Shown: one piece after another, positions 41,568 to 55,259 of the stretch
How the letters are laid out: every line of letters starts with the position of its first letter
Position numbering within the stretch: position 1 is the stretch's first letter
Source of the DNA: Eledone cirrhosa
Taxonomy: Eukaryota
Direction: 5' to 3'
Length of the DNA stretch: 64,000 nt
Assembly: GCA_964016885.1 (NCBI GenBank)
Contig: OZ024740.1
Location: forward strand, 56,916,001 to 56,980,000
Notes under the pieces: generated by a model
Databases searched by the model: none
Told to the model about the DNA's origin: nothing
The model's input: only the letters and a program-made list of their open reading frames with translations
Program-made: the position numbers and the translations under genes

Positions 41568-41715
41568 GTCGTGGCTGTAGGGTTAAGAATTTAATTTAGC
41601 AGTTATGTAGTTTCAGATTTGATCCCATTGCGAGGCACCTATGGTAAATGCATTTTGCCATAGACCGAATTCGAACAAAGATTTGTGAAATGAACTTTGT
41701 CGACGGAAACTGCGC
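41568..41715 (+). mobile_element. Old tRNA-derived SINE, family B
   Basis: gtggctgtagggttaagaa..gtttcagatttgatcccattgcgaggcacct..gacggaaactg. Confidence 0.55.
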
Positions 41716-42859
41716 CTGGTAAACTTAATCTGTCACCTGATTTAAACCCACTACCTTAGTTGTTTTTAGCGGAGTCCATTCAGTTACAAATACTCGAGCT
41801 ATGTTTTCGATCTAACTATCACTTTCTCCCCTAGTCACGGTGTCCCTGAAAATGGTTTACAGATGCAAACTTTTTTCTCCTCTAAGTCAGTAAAAAACAT
41901 GAAGTTATTTTAGCATTTTTCATCAACGTATTGAAGATAACGGTGAACAAGTTTAAGCATTATGTGTTATCAATAAAAAGTAAAGCCATACCGTAAGGAA
42001 TTAAACAACTTTGAAACGCTATCCACATGATGAAGAGTGGAAACGTATGTGCGTGTGTATATATGTGCGCGTGTATGTTTGTACCTGTGTACATTTGAGC
42101 TTTATTTTTATTATATAAACATGAAAGAGTGGTGGATTGGCAGTATCGGTAGAGCGTCAGACACCATGATTTGCAGCATGGAGTTAAGGGCCTTTACGTT
42201 CTGAGTTAAAATCAAGGCTAACTACCCCTTCAACAAAAGCGAAACAAGGCCCTTGTCGGCTTATCTCCCCTGTTTGCTGAGATTAAAGTAAGTGAATTTG
42301 TCACTACTCTAAAACAATAGCATACGGTCTTCAAAATGCTTTTAATTAAGCATAAAGTGTATTGCAAAATACATTATATATACATCCATATATATATTGC
42401 TATTTCAGAGCTCCAATTCTAATATATATATATATTCCATTATTTTTGTCCTCTGCGCTCCCAATTTTGAATTTATATTCTAAAGACTTAGCCATACGAA
42501 CTATTTTTGAAAGTATCATATAATAGACACCACACTGCATGGTCGTCTGTTTTCCCCTATATTCCCTTCTTACCTTTCCTATGCCTCGTTGTCATTCTTT
42601 GACTGCACGTTAGACAACAGTCCTTATCCTATTCTGATTTACTATTTCTCTCCTTTGGCTAAAGCCATAGCTTGTCTCTACCCGTTTTGTTACGTCACAA
42701 TGTGCACTGGAATGATGGTATCGACCTTAAATAACCGAAAACGTAGTGATATACAGAGGTTGACTGAGGAAATGAAAATGAAACTGGAGTCTAAGAAATG
42801 TTGTTTATATCCGTCTGGGACATGTATGTTTTTAAAAAACCTCATTTTCCTATAAATAT

Positions 42860-43330
42860 CTATTAAATGTGTTTTCTATAGAAGTTCGTCTCAGCGAAGC
42901 CCGAGCAGCCATTTTATGTGGATACCGCCTGGCTCTATTAAATAGCAATATAGCCTGAACTGCGACAGCAAGCTCTTTTAAGCATGGTTTAGAAAATTGT
43001 ACATAGGCTGACCTGATTATAATAGCTACAATATCGAAGTTGTTCACGTCAACATAGAAGATCGCACAAATAATAGATCCTTCACCCAAATGTCAAAACC
43101 TTACCACTAATAAATGTCAAGTGTGTGTTACAACAATATGGCACATAGAGAAACCTATCCGAAAACTAACATATCTAACACGGAAATACACATATCAAAA
43201 TACATCCTATTTCAAAGCGACAGGAAAGAAAGATATCATGATAGACTTCCGATAAACATACGTGAAGATGTCACACGCCTAGTCATGAAGTTACTCTCAA
43301 ACTCGGTTTATGATCCTTTTTTCATTAATT
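42860..43330 (-). mobile_element. Possible very old PLE GIY-YIG remnant
   Basis: Weak: DVNNFDIVAII..LKELAVAVQAIL resembles the C-terminus of Penelope-type endonucleases. Confidence 0.25.
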
Positions 43331-43629
43331 TATATTCATTTTTCCATAAGGGTCCGGTTTGAACAGAGGCCTGAATTTAACCTGCGTAGCGTTAAGCGAC
43401 TGAGAATATAATACGCCTTGTTAGACGGGACGCCAGCCCATCGCAACGTTAACACAAGTTTCTGCTGTTGCAACTGCTGCTGCTACTGCTGCTGTTGCTG
43501 CTGCTCTGCTACTGCTGCTGCTGCTAATGATGATGATGATGATTATGTTACTGATGTTTTTGATGTTACTCATATGCAGCGGAGTGGGCAGAAGCAACGT
43601 AAAATGAAGTATTTTGCTCAAATGCCATT

Positions 43630-44030
43630 ACACCCTTACCATTAGGTCATGCTAATGATATATTCACAATACGGACTAAACAACTGGAAATAGTTATATG
43701 TAAAACATATCGTCCACCGAATGCTTAAAGTCATAAAGTTAAATTAGAAGACATCCATTCGAAAGAGAAATGCTAACCAAACTGAACTTACACACTAAAG
43801 TATTTATCTTGGGTGACATAAACCTCTGAAATGTCAAATAGCCCAAAAGCCAAATTCCCGCAAGAATATCACTGCATGAAGAAAAACAAACAGAATCTTG
43901 ACATTTTTAATATGCTTTTGGTGGAATAAATAACACTCTACACAACCAGAAACAATAACACTTTAAAACTCTGCTTCATAAATAAAATGGACTTTGTCCA
44001 TTATGTGAATGTGACTCCCACTTACAGTAT
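43630..44030 (+). mobile_element. Decayed CR1-like APE endonuclease fragment
   Basis: IVICKTYRPPN, ILGDINL, TRNNNTLKLCFIN. Confidence 0.6.
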
Positions 44031-44145
44031 ATTTTCCATTGGAAAAGGAAGTCAAACAGCCTATAAGGAGCACCCGCGGACTATCAGTTCTTTGACTCTA
44101 CAACTCTGCATAGGGAAGCAGCAACTATCAAATTACATTGCCATA

Positions 44146-44295
44146 ATTGTTTCTACTTTAAATACAAGGCTAGCAATTTGAAGGTATTGGTACTTTATTT
44201 TATCGACCCCGTAAGGGTGGAAGGCAAAGCTAACCACGGCGGGATTTGATATCAGAACTCTGAGTTACAACACTATACAGATACTACCAATTGCC
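44146..44295 (-). mobile_element. SINE family A, internally deleted
   Basis: ggtactttattttatcgaccccgtaagggtggaaggcaaagctaacc. Confidence 0.7.
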
Positions 44296-44539
44296 ATAAA
44301 TGAAAGGATACAACGATAGGCCCTGAAGCGTTCCCAGTAATTCTAGTAGTGTATTAGAAAGAGTTTGAGCCCCATTTTTGAAGGCAAATACAATAAGTAC
44401 TTTGTAACGCGAACTGGCGCGAAATTTATTATACTTATTCACGTGACAGTCATCAACCAACCAAATAATTTTTTTAAAAACACGTAGCAAATCGAGCCAC
44501 TTTTTTCCACATAAAACAGAAGTAACATTGGAACACCAA

Positions 44540-47500
44540 CCAAATGCGAGAAAAACCACAAACCCTCCATCTCAATTCTACTTTTGAAAACCATAAGAGC
44601 TGTGAAATGGAAACAAATAAATATTCTTAAAAAGACTCCAGTTGCATTTTAGATTTCTTTTCCTTATACTTTCACTAGTGTAGACACTACAACTTCTCTC
44701 CCACCAGGAGAAACCATACAAACCCCAACCCTTACAACCCCCTAACATCCCCACACAACAAACCCACAACCATCATTAGTTTCAACATAGAACCCAAAAT
44801 ACACAACTACCACACGTGCCACATAGGGCCTCACAACCACACACCAACTATAAGGAAACCCTAATCTACCCTCCTCCACTAACCACATCCTACTACAACA
44901 ACACCAGCAGGGGACATTCAACCACACGAGACACCCTAACCACTACAACCACCATAACTACACACCATACAACAACAACAACAGGACTCGTTATAACCAC
45001 ACAAGACAACCCTACTACAACTACGACCAAGTCTACACACCCTACAACAACAGCAGGACTCAACACAACCATACGATACAACCAAACTTCAACAACCACC
45101 ACAACTACACACCCTATAACCACGTCCATCAAATCTACACACCCTACAACAACAACAGCAGGGTTCAATACAACCACACGATACAACCTAACTTCAACAA
45201 CCACCACAGCTACACACCCTCTAACAACAGCAGGGGCCAATAGACCATAAGAGGCATCCAATCTTCAACAACCACCCAACCTCCGGAGTCAATGTTTAGA
45301 CACAGCACACAGACACAGGGTAACGAGATAACACAAAACACACAGGAGACACAAAATGTAATAAAAATCGTTAATTTAACCTCTAAAGAATTAACAACAG
45401 ACCAAATCAACATACTCTCCAAAGGTCCGAAATTTACACCAACTCCCCAACAACCAAACTACCCCGAAATGAAGGAAGACATTGCAGAATTCTGTAGAAA
45501 ACTAAGACTGAAGGAGCAACTATACGACAAATACAATGAGGATGATTCAATAGCCAAAAATAGAAGCAACTACACCCACCAAAAGGCAAGAACAAATCCT
45601 TCGATCAATTCTGCGAACACATTACTAATTACCCATACCACCACCTACACAGACATAAACAAAAACCAAAACTAAGCAAAATAGAATAGAATGGTCTTAA
45701 CAATCTAAATAACGACAAAACCCTAACAATCAAAGAGTCGGATAAAGGGAGTGCAGTAATCCTTATGAGGACAGATTACTACACGACTCTAGTACTCTCA
45801 ACTCTAGAAAACAAAACATATTACGAAAAGGCCCAACACTACACACAACAGAAAAGAATGAGAAACCTAAAATACCTAACAACCCTTTACAAAGAAGGCC
45901 TTATTGACAAGGAATACAACTACATCACCAATTTCAAAAGCAGAACCAGCCTTTTCTACGGTATCCCAAAGACACACAAAAGCGAAGTAATAGGTAGGGC
46001 CTGCAAACAAGCCACAGACATTTACATCAATATACCCCCTCCTGGTGACCTTAAATTAAGACCCATAAGAGCAGGTACCACATGTGAAACCCACCGCCTA
46101 AGCAACTTCCTAGATATTCTGCTTAAACCTTTCCTAAAACACATAAAAAGTTTCATAAGGGACGACCTTGACATGCTCAACCACCTCCCAACAACACTTA
46201 ATACTGGACATACCCTACTAGTAACCTTTGATGTCATCAATCTATATTCCAATATCCCACACAACCTAGGTATAGAGGCAATACAATTCTAGCTTGAAAT
46301 TTTCCCTAGTGAACTTCCACAGCTCATACCTAAAGAATTTGTGTTGGAGGGACTCAAATTCATCTTGGAAAACAACTTCTTCGAATTCGATGCCAAATAC
46401 TACAGACAGAAATCTGGGACTGCTATGGGCACGAAAGTAGCCCCTCATACGCCAACCTTGTCATGGGATATTTGGAAACCACTGTCTACCGCAAAGTCCT
46501 AGACAAATACGGTAACCACTTCTACCCTGAAACTCAACATCAAGGAACTCAGACACGCCAAACCCAGGAATGAACCGCAACAGAAAACTCTACCATACAT
46601 CTCCACACACAACCCCCTCAACAATGAAGCATTCGACACCATCCTTCAGAACATTCCTTTACTAAAAAGAGACCCAAGAATGAACAAAATCCTTCAAACA
46701 CACAACATCATAAAGAGCAAAAGACAACCTAAATCCATAAAAAACATCCTCACACAAGCCAAAATCCAACCAACCCTCCCAATAAACTCTACAGTAAAAA
46801 AAAATGCGGAAGGCCCAACTGTGGTATATGCATAAATCTAATAGAAGGTTCAACATTCCATTTTAAACGAGGACAACATTTCACAGTTAAATACAACTTT
46901 ACATGAGCATCTGAAAACCTAATCTATGTTTTGAGCTGCTCAGGTTGTCGAGAGCACTACATAGGACAGACTAAAACAGCCTCCGACAACGTATGACCGT
47001 CCATAGATCACAAATCAAAATACAGAAATACAGAAAGATTGCTTTTAGTGAACATATAGCCAATTGTACACCTAACAAACATCCAAACTTTAAAATTTTC
47101 CCCATTTACAAATTTATAGACAACGCTTCTTTCATCCATCGTACCAATAAGGAAACGTACTTCATTAATAAATTCCAACCTCTACTTAATGGACTAAACT
47201 TCGGACTAAACTAAAACTGGAACGAACAATGAACCAAAGCCCGATCCCAATGTTCTCTAAAGAGTTATTTCCCCTACACCCTACCTAATCCTCTTTCTTA
47301 TATAAATGAATTACCCCTCTCATTTCTCTCTCGCCTACCTGACTACCCTGAATTACCTCCCCCTGCAGATTAACTCTCTAAAAAGGAGGGAAATCATATC
47401 AAACCCCAGACTACTATTTGCCTCCACTATGGACAAACCAAGCGCTCTAGCCATAATAACACAATATTTTGAACTGCTTATCCTCAAGAACTATGCCTGT

Positions 47501-47750
47501 AAATAATATTATTCTTTCTTTCCCATTACCTTATCATGTTCCACATCACCCCCCTTTTTTTTTACTTCAAATACCTTGTTTGTAAATAATATTATTCTTT
47601 CTTTCCCATTTCCTTAACATGTTCAACATCACATTATTTTCTCTCCAACATTTGAAACAAATACAAATTCCCCCCTTTGATAATGCATAAAATGGTGAAA
47701 CCGGTAATAGACAATTATTAAATATATAAATAAATAAATAAATAAATAAA
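44540..47750 (+). mobile_element. Decayed, internally deleted PLE (Neptune-like: RT, Cys-rich linker, GIY-YIG)
   Basis: LSKGPKFTPTP, IKESDKGSAVIL, FYGIPKTHK, LRPI, LLVTFDVINLYSNIPH, GTAMGTKVAP; the RT catalytic segment appears deleted; CGRPNCGIC..NLIYVLSCSGC..YIGQT..RMTVH; degenerate HHR ttgataa..gaaaccggta at 47677-47706. Confidence 0.85.
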
Positions 47751-47952
47751 TGCCATTGTTAATTAATAAATAAATTAACTAATACCTTAACACTTCACAC
47801 AAAGTAAAATATTTTGTTTTAAACATTTTCTAACATAGAAAATAGAGAGAAAACAAAATAAAAAAATATTTTTTTTCTTCTTAATAATCGTCTTTTTCTC
47901 CCTGTTTTCATATATATTCCCACCCGTGTGCTCCTTCTCCACATTTTACAAT

Positions 47953-47996
<44 letters not shown>

Positions 47997-48257
47997 AACT
48001 TATGTTTACCGAATTCGCAGACCAGACCCCTTCTTCTTCCCCCCGTTAGACCTGTGCGAAATTCCTTCCTTGCTCACATTTCAACCAGGTTTGATGGTCT
48101 TTATTCTCTCGTTCACGATTTTATCGAGTTTATATTCATAGAAATCTGGGACTTGTCTCTTTCTTCTCACTTTCTGTTGCTTAAACCATTTTGTTTGTTC
48201 ACCCTAACGTTCTCTTTATTTACGTGTCCCAACGACTTTTTTTAGCCGTTGTTCGCA

Positions 48258-48308
48258 CCAACCTGAGGTATATGGCCCTTAAAGCGATGAAATGCCTAGG
48301 ACGGTTGG
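48258..48308 (+). ncRNA. Degenerate type I hammerhead ribozyme
   Basis: ccaac CTGAGGT ..stem II.. GAAAT gcctaggac ggttgg; stem I ccaac/gttgg is intact but the core is mutated. Confidence 0.35.
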
Positions 48309-48333
48309 AGGGTCACTGATGAAGGACTCACTT

Positions 48334-48371
<38 letters not shown>

Positions 48372-48564
48372 CATTTAGGTATGTTGGTTCACCACTGGAT
48401 AGAACTGTTCATTCCGTATGGTCAACCTCGGTGTAATATTATGGAGAGCACTCGACGTAATGCAACTCAGCCGTCTTCGTTTGTGTAGTTGGTGGTACGA
48501 GTACGGAGTTAATTATTATAAAATGACAGGAGGCTGGACTGGTGTAATTCCTTAAAAGGTTTAT

Positions 48565-48624
48565 TATACTATGATCATTTCAATGACCGGGTTCGGTATG
48601 AATCCGGTGACATCATCAGGTATA
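48565..48624 (-). ncRNA. Type I hammerhead ribozyme, intact core
   Basis: Minus strand: tatac CTGATGA tgtcaccggattcataccgaacccggtcatt GAAA tgatca TA gtata; stem I tatac/gtata, palindromic stem III ATGATCAT. Confidence 0.75.
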
Positions 48625-48644
48625 TACATAAATGTATATCAACA

Positions 48645-48840
48645 TATATATAATTGCTTGTTTGTTGGTCTGTTTGTTTCCAATTCATTCAAACACCAGT
48701 AAACCAATCAGGTTCAAATCTTAGCATGAAAGGTTCTTAGACTCAGTTATAATTTGTCCTTAAACTCGGACCTATATTGTTTTAAGGGTCTGGAGTTAAT
48801 CCCGATTCAACTAAAATTTGACTCGACCGTTAGTGTGTTA
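48645..48840 (+). mobile_element. Possible non-autonomous Helitron-like fragment
   Basis: gtttgttggtctgtttgtttcc..aaaccaatcaggttcaaatcttagcatgaa resembles the (gttt)n + aaccgatt..aaatttggca pattern; weak. Confidence 0.3.
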
Positions 48841-48919
48841 GTGGGTGTGTTCACCCCTTTCTCTCTCATTAATTGATTTAATGGGAAGAGACAGGAAATA
48901 CCATCTACAATGGTAAACG

Positions 48920-48958
<39 letters not shown>

Positions 48959-49044
48959 CCACTCTCTCCACCCTTCTTTCTTTCTCTCTCTATTTCTCTC
49001 TCTCCACTCTTCTCACTTTCTCTCTCTCTCCCTCTCTTACTCTT

Positions 49045-49081
<37 letters not shown>

Positions 49082-49147
49082 TTAGGTGGCGAACTGGCAG
49101 AGTGGTTAAAACGTCAGATAGAATGCGTTACGGTATTCGTAAGAGAA

Positions 49148-49207
<60 letters not shown>

Positions 49208-49893
49208 TGACACACACATCCTCCATTTATTTTTCGTAAACAACAAAGAAAATTAACGGTCGAGTCAATTTTTTGGTGAATAGACCTTCATTTGGAAAAA
49301 ATTCTCATAATGCTAGAGCAATGAATCTGACCTCCAAATTACATGAAAACGGATTTGATTTCCATATCACGCAAAAACAATTCTATTTTCTGAAAACGGA
49401 AAGATTTGGCTAGTATTTCTAACAGTTGCAGCTACCACATAGCTGTTGAAATGTTACCGTAGCTGCTCCGTTTCCGAAATCATCCGTCAGCAGTTAAAAA
49501 AACAGAAGGGTTAAGTTAGATTTAGGGTTAGGGCTGGGGTTAGGGAATCCCATGAAAGAAAACTTCAAGGGGGAAAGTCCGAGGGTCCACCTTCTCTTCC
49601 CCTTCCATTTTCAGGGGGAAAATCCGTTTCAGTATTGTTGAAGATGAGATTCAATGATAGCTCACAAACAAAACCGAGGAATGATAATTATTTCAGACAA
49701 AAATGTACGGGAAATTTATCGAATGTTTATCATAATTTACTTTTGTGGGTTTTCTATTTCAAATTTATTATTGTTGTTGACCTCACAGAATTTGTTATGC
49801 CAATAATATTAGAATCACTAATCGCAATAAGTATTAACAAAATATATCAACATTTGAATAAAATTTCATTATATTATTTAGCCCTAATACTTC

Positions 49894-49939
<46 letters not shown>

Positions 49940-49942
<3 letters not shown>

Positions 49943-52140
49943 GCAAGCAGGGCACATGCCACGGGCGCCATATTTAGGGGGCGCAATTTCGACCTAGATC
50001 GATTTACATCCATGTCGTTTTTATCATTTTTTTAAATATAAGCCAAAAATGAAGAATGTGGTTTCTTGATAGCCGACTTCCACGCTATGTTTAGTGCACT
50101 AGACAGAGCAGATGTCTGATTTGACTTCACCCCCCCCTCCACACTGACAGCTGGGTGGGTTGCAATTATGCGGGCGCTAATTTTAGCTATACATTGCAAA
50201 ACAGCGGATACTTCACTTGACCTCACAAAACGCCCCCACCCCCCACCCCACCACCCCACCCACACAATGACTGAAGGGACGTAGTTTTGAACGTGCAACT
50301 GGTGGACACGCAGGCGCTATTTTCAGCAATGCATTGCAATGACCAATACAAGATAATTATAATTATGAAGCTGGTTTACAAAACAGAGTAGTTTGTCTTT
50401 TACAACTGGTACATAAGACGTATAGCAAAGGTATCATAATCCAAATGGCCAGATAGGATCGGATAGCTTCTATGAGGAATTCAATTTGACTCCAGTTTAG
50501 ATGGTTCAATGTTTTCTTCTATAATACAGTTCGTCAGAATTTACTAAATCGTATCCAAAAAGCAAGATACTATGGTCTGCTGATTGATTCGACCCCCTGA
50601 CCAGGCGCACCGAGAACAACTGTCAAAAGTTGTGCGATATGTCGATGTTGATTTCAATATGAAGACGGTCGTTGTGAGAGAATCTTTTCTTGGATTCATT
50701 CAAGTAATCAAAAAAGATGCCGCAAGCCTTGTTGAAACAATCGTGAAAGAGCTAGAAAAAGATGATCTACCACTGCAGAACTGTCTATCGCAGTGCTATG
50801 ACAATGCTGCCATAATGGCTGGGCACCGCAGTGGGGTTCAGCAGAGAATGAGAGAGAAGAATAATTTGATTCACTTCGTTAATTGCGATAACAATTCACT
50901 TACTCTGGCTGGTCTTCATGCAGCCCAAAACGATTCTGCTATGATGAACTTTTTCAGTTGCATTGACTCGTTATACAACTTTTTTTCTCGTTCAACACGA
51001 CGATGGGAAGCCCTTAAAGAAGTTGCTCCAGTGGTTGTTAAATATCCTTCCGACACGCGGTGGAGTGCTAGATGTACCGCAGTCAGACCGGTAGCGAAAT
51101 AAATTAGTGATGATGAAACAGAGACATGCGAGAGTAGAAGTGACGCTAGTAATCTCCATAATCGGATACTGAGTTATGAATTCCTGAACTTGATTGGATT
51201 CTGGAACACGATTCTCTCACAAATTGACGGGGTTCAAAAGAGACTTCAAGATCCAAGAATGAATTTTCAAGATGCTGCAGCTGATATAGGAGCCCTTCAA
51301 CTTTATTTTAAAGAAGAAGGAACATCCTTAATCCACGAGTCTCTTGAAATGGGCTTCGACCTCTGCCAGAAATGGAATGTCGATTTTCCGAGGAGGCAAG
51401 GAAGACGACAAACCAATACCGAAATTACTGAGGACGTCGAGGTGGCTGCCAGAAAAGAGATAGAGAGAGCAATGCAAAGTCCACTCAATCGTCTTCAAAC
51501 AGAAATGGAAGAACGGTTTATTTGACTTAAGGAAATCGACTTAAGTTTTGGCTTTCTTCTTGATGTCAACTATCTGTTTTATTTGGCTGCTCCTGATAAC
51601 CTTGTCCTTAAACAAAGGTGCAACAGTCTTGCGGAACTATACGATTCTGACATCGACGGAGAGTAATTGTATGAGGAAATCTTGGACTGGCGATCTTTGC
51701 TGGCTACTAGGACAGCTGACCCAATTTTAAAGCCGGGAGCACTTCTCCAATTCATCATGCAATACGGCGATGAATGTGTTTTTCCCAATTTGCGAATCAG
51801 CATTCAAATAATGTTGACGATTTCTATTTCAATTGCCAGTTACGAGAGGTCTTTCAGCAAGCTGAAGCCAATACATACGTATTTGCAAACCTCAATGGGC
51901 TAACAACGGCTGACTGACCCCGCCTTTTTGAGTGTAGAAATCGAAGAGTTTGAACGAACTGATTTCGAGGAAATTATCAACCACTTTGCCTCCTTAAAAG
52001 TCCGAAAAATCAAGTTGTAACTGTTTTTGTTTTTTTATTATAAATTCTACTGCAATTTCGTCATTGTGGATCTTGACTTTTTGAGGTGGGGGAGGGGATT
52101 TTGATGCTTGCCCTGGGCGCCATTTACCCTAGCTACGCCA

Positions 52141-52143
<3 letters not shown>
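49940..52143 (+). mobile_element. Decayed hAT DNA transposon (Tip100/ZMYM1-like transposase)
   Basis: PDQAHREQLSKVVRYV..RESFLGF..QCYDNAAIMAG..SDTRWSAR; dimerisation domain FPNL..IASYERSFSKLK..YLQTSM; right end ctagctacgccactg; left end lost or degenerate. Confidence 0.88.
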
Positions 52144-52192
<49 letters not shown>

Positions 52193-52275
52193 CATAAATT
52201 CATTCTGTCATTACAATAGCGGAAGTTCGAGGGGTTTTTGAATCCAGAGTCGGGCCAAATCGATACGGATCGAAC

Positions 52276-52310
52276 CATGAGCTGATGAATAGCGAAACGT
52301 GCGTCACCAG
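52276..52310 (+). ncRNA. Minimal PLE-type hammerhead core within a ~250-bp insert between (TA)n tracts
   Basis: CTGATGA atagc GAAAC gtgc GTC, followed closely by aataaa; stem I weak. Confidence 0.55.
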
Positions 52311-52434
52311 TCAATAAATGGCCCCTGTATTATTATATTTACACTCTATTTAGCCCTATACCTCGCTACGGACGTTGATCTACACACCGAGTGCTCACCT
52401 GGGTGAATCTACAGTAACTTCACGTTACACTCCC

Positions 52435-52476
<42 letters not shown>

Positions 52477-52500
52477 TGTAATAAACAACATAAGGCAATT

Positions 52501-52563
52501 ATTTTATTTACCAGTGGTTTCTTAAAAGCAAAAAAATGTTGCTTTCAATCATCAGAATGAAAA
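52501..52563 (-). ncRNA. Type I hammerhead ribozyme, intact core
   Basis: Minus strand: tttcatt CTGATGA ttgaaagcaa..ttgcttttaa GAAAC cactg GTA aataaaa; 10-bp stem II, near-palindromic stem III, GUA cleavage triplet. Confidence 0.78.
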
Positions 52564-52669
52564 AATCCTGGCGTATTTATTGACGTTGGATTTTAAAAAC
52601 AAAAATGCAATCTATATGAAAGTGAGGCTGGAAAAGGAAAAAGGAAAGGAAAAATAAAATAAAAACACA

Positions 52670-52869
52670 CATGCAAACACACACACACACACACAAATAT
52701 ATACATACACACATATATATATATATACATACACACATACATACACACACACATATATACACACACACACACACATATATATGTGTATATATATACATAC
52801 ACATACATATACACATACATACACACATAAATATCAACATATCCATACATACACATACATATATACAAC

Positions 52870-52917
<48 letters not shown>

Positions 52918-53338
52918 TACACATACATATACATACACATATACATACACATACATACATACACAATCATACGTATATACACACGTACATACATACACAT
53001 ACATACGCACATATATACATGCATACATACGCATGCACAAAAATAGAAATATATACACACACCTCTACATACTCACACACACAAATAAATATAAGAAAAA
53101 ATATATAATAATAAAAAACATAAAAATGAATATAAAGACTATTATAATGTTGACAGCGATACAGGCAACAAATAAATGAACAAACACACGTAGTAAGCAA
53201 TACACACAAATGCACGTACACATACATACGTAAAAATAAATACATACACACACTCTCACACATAAATATACATATACAAATACATAAACACATACATACG
53301 CATACACAAATACATACACACACACATATACATATATG

Positions 53339-53420
<82 letters not shown>

Positions 53421-54292
53421 CACACATACATACATAACCATACCAATATACACATACATATACATACATATCACAAACACGTACATACAAATACAAACAC
53501 ACACATATATATATATGTGTGTAAAACTCATTCTTAGATAATTCATATGAACCTTATTTAACTCTAAAATATATATATATATATATATACATATATATAT
53601 ACATACACATATATACACATACATACATACTCACATACACATATATACCTACACACACATATATACATATACATACGTATACATACGTACATACACACAC
53701 AGACACACGCATATACATATATAACTCAATATATATATATGAGAAAGAACATAATTATTATATATATATATATATATAAAAAATAAATATTGTATATATA
53801 AAAAAAAATATTGTATATATAAAAATAAAAATGAAAATAAATAGTTGGGAATACGACAAATAATAAATAAAAAAATATATATTTAGAAAAGGGTATAAAT
53901 GCTTATAGCAGGTTAGGAGCACTCAACAAGTTCCTGGAGCAAAAGATCAATGAAAACAATCATTAAATCACTATATGTAATGATGCAAGTACATACACCC
54001 TTATACATATATACATATACACACACACATACACATATATATACATACACACACACACACACACAAACACAACCACAGAAATACACACACACATACAATT
54101 ACGTATATATATATATACACACACACATAGGAAAAAGTCTGACCCCACGGCAGAGCTCAAGCTTTTTCTGAGGCTATTATATATATACACACACAAAACC
54201 ATTATATAAAAAAAAATAAATATACACGCACAAATATACACACGCCCATACACACACATTAAATCTATATATACACACATACATACACATAT

Positions 54293-54341
<49 letters not shown>

Positions 54342-54510
54342 TATATACACACATACATACATACACATAAAAATATATACACGCGCACAAATACAACAGA
54401 AATATATAATATATACCATTATATATACATATACATATACATAGATATAAACATACATACACACACATATATACATACACATATACATATACACACACAT
54501 ATACATACAC

Positions 54511-54541
<31 letters not shown>

Positions 54542-54600
54542 CATATATACATATATATACATATACATATATACACACATACATATACGCAACACAAACA
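52670..54600. repeat. ~2-kb degenerate (CA)/(TA)/(TACA) low-complexity tract
   Basis: Direct reading; source of many spurious ORFs. Confidence 0.9.
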
Positions 54601-54781
54601 AAATTAATATCTAAATAAATTAAAAAAATGTTGGTATGTGAAGGGTAAGGCAAAAAAATAGGGGGGAAAAAGAGGGGGGAAATAAATGAGATAGGAAAAG
54701 GTTTAAATATAAGGGGAGATAAGGGAGAAAGAGAATACAAGAGTACAGAACGTGGATTCAGCAGGTAAAAAAATCGTAGTC

Positions 54782-54864
<83 letters not shown>

Positions 54865-54866
<2 letters not shown>

Positions 54867-55012
54867 TTTCGACGTCCAGAAATAGCCGTCGAAACGGCAT
54901 GGGCTCTGCCGTCGGGATCTTGAACATTTTCCTATTACCTACTCTACTACACTAAGTATTGAGTACTCTGGTGCGTTATGGTCCATCTGGGTCCTTACCA
55001 CACTTCGTTCGT
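54865..55012 (+). mobile_element. Short PLE-like 3'-end fragment with the 3' half of a hammerhead
   Basis: gtttcgacg..cgtc GAAAC ggca tgggctc tgcc GTC; homologous to 24060-24240. Confidence 0.6.
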
Positions 55013-55064
<52 letters not shown>

Positions 55065-55215
55065 GAGAGAGAGAGAGCGAGAGAGAGAGAGAGATATGTG
55101 TGTATATGTACATATACAGTATATATATATATGTATATATATATGTATATATTCATTCATATATGTATATATCTATACATATACATACATGTATATGTAT
55201 GTATATATCTATCTA

Positions 55216-55258
<43 letters not shown>

Positions 55259-55259
55259 T

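Noticed and set aside
44816-45261. Thr-rich mucin-like ORF and its Val-rich antisense ORF
   Set aside because: Low-complexity internal repeats in the 5' part of the decayed PLE; no signal peptide or splice evidence
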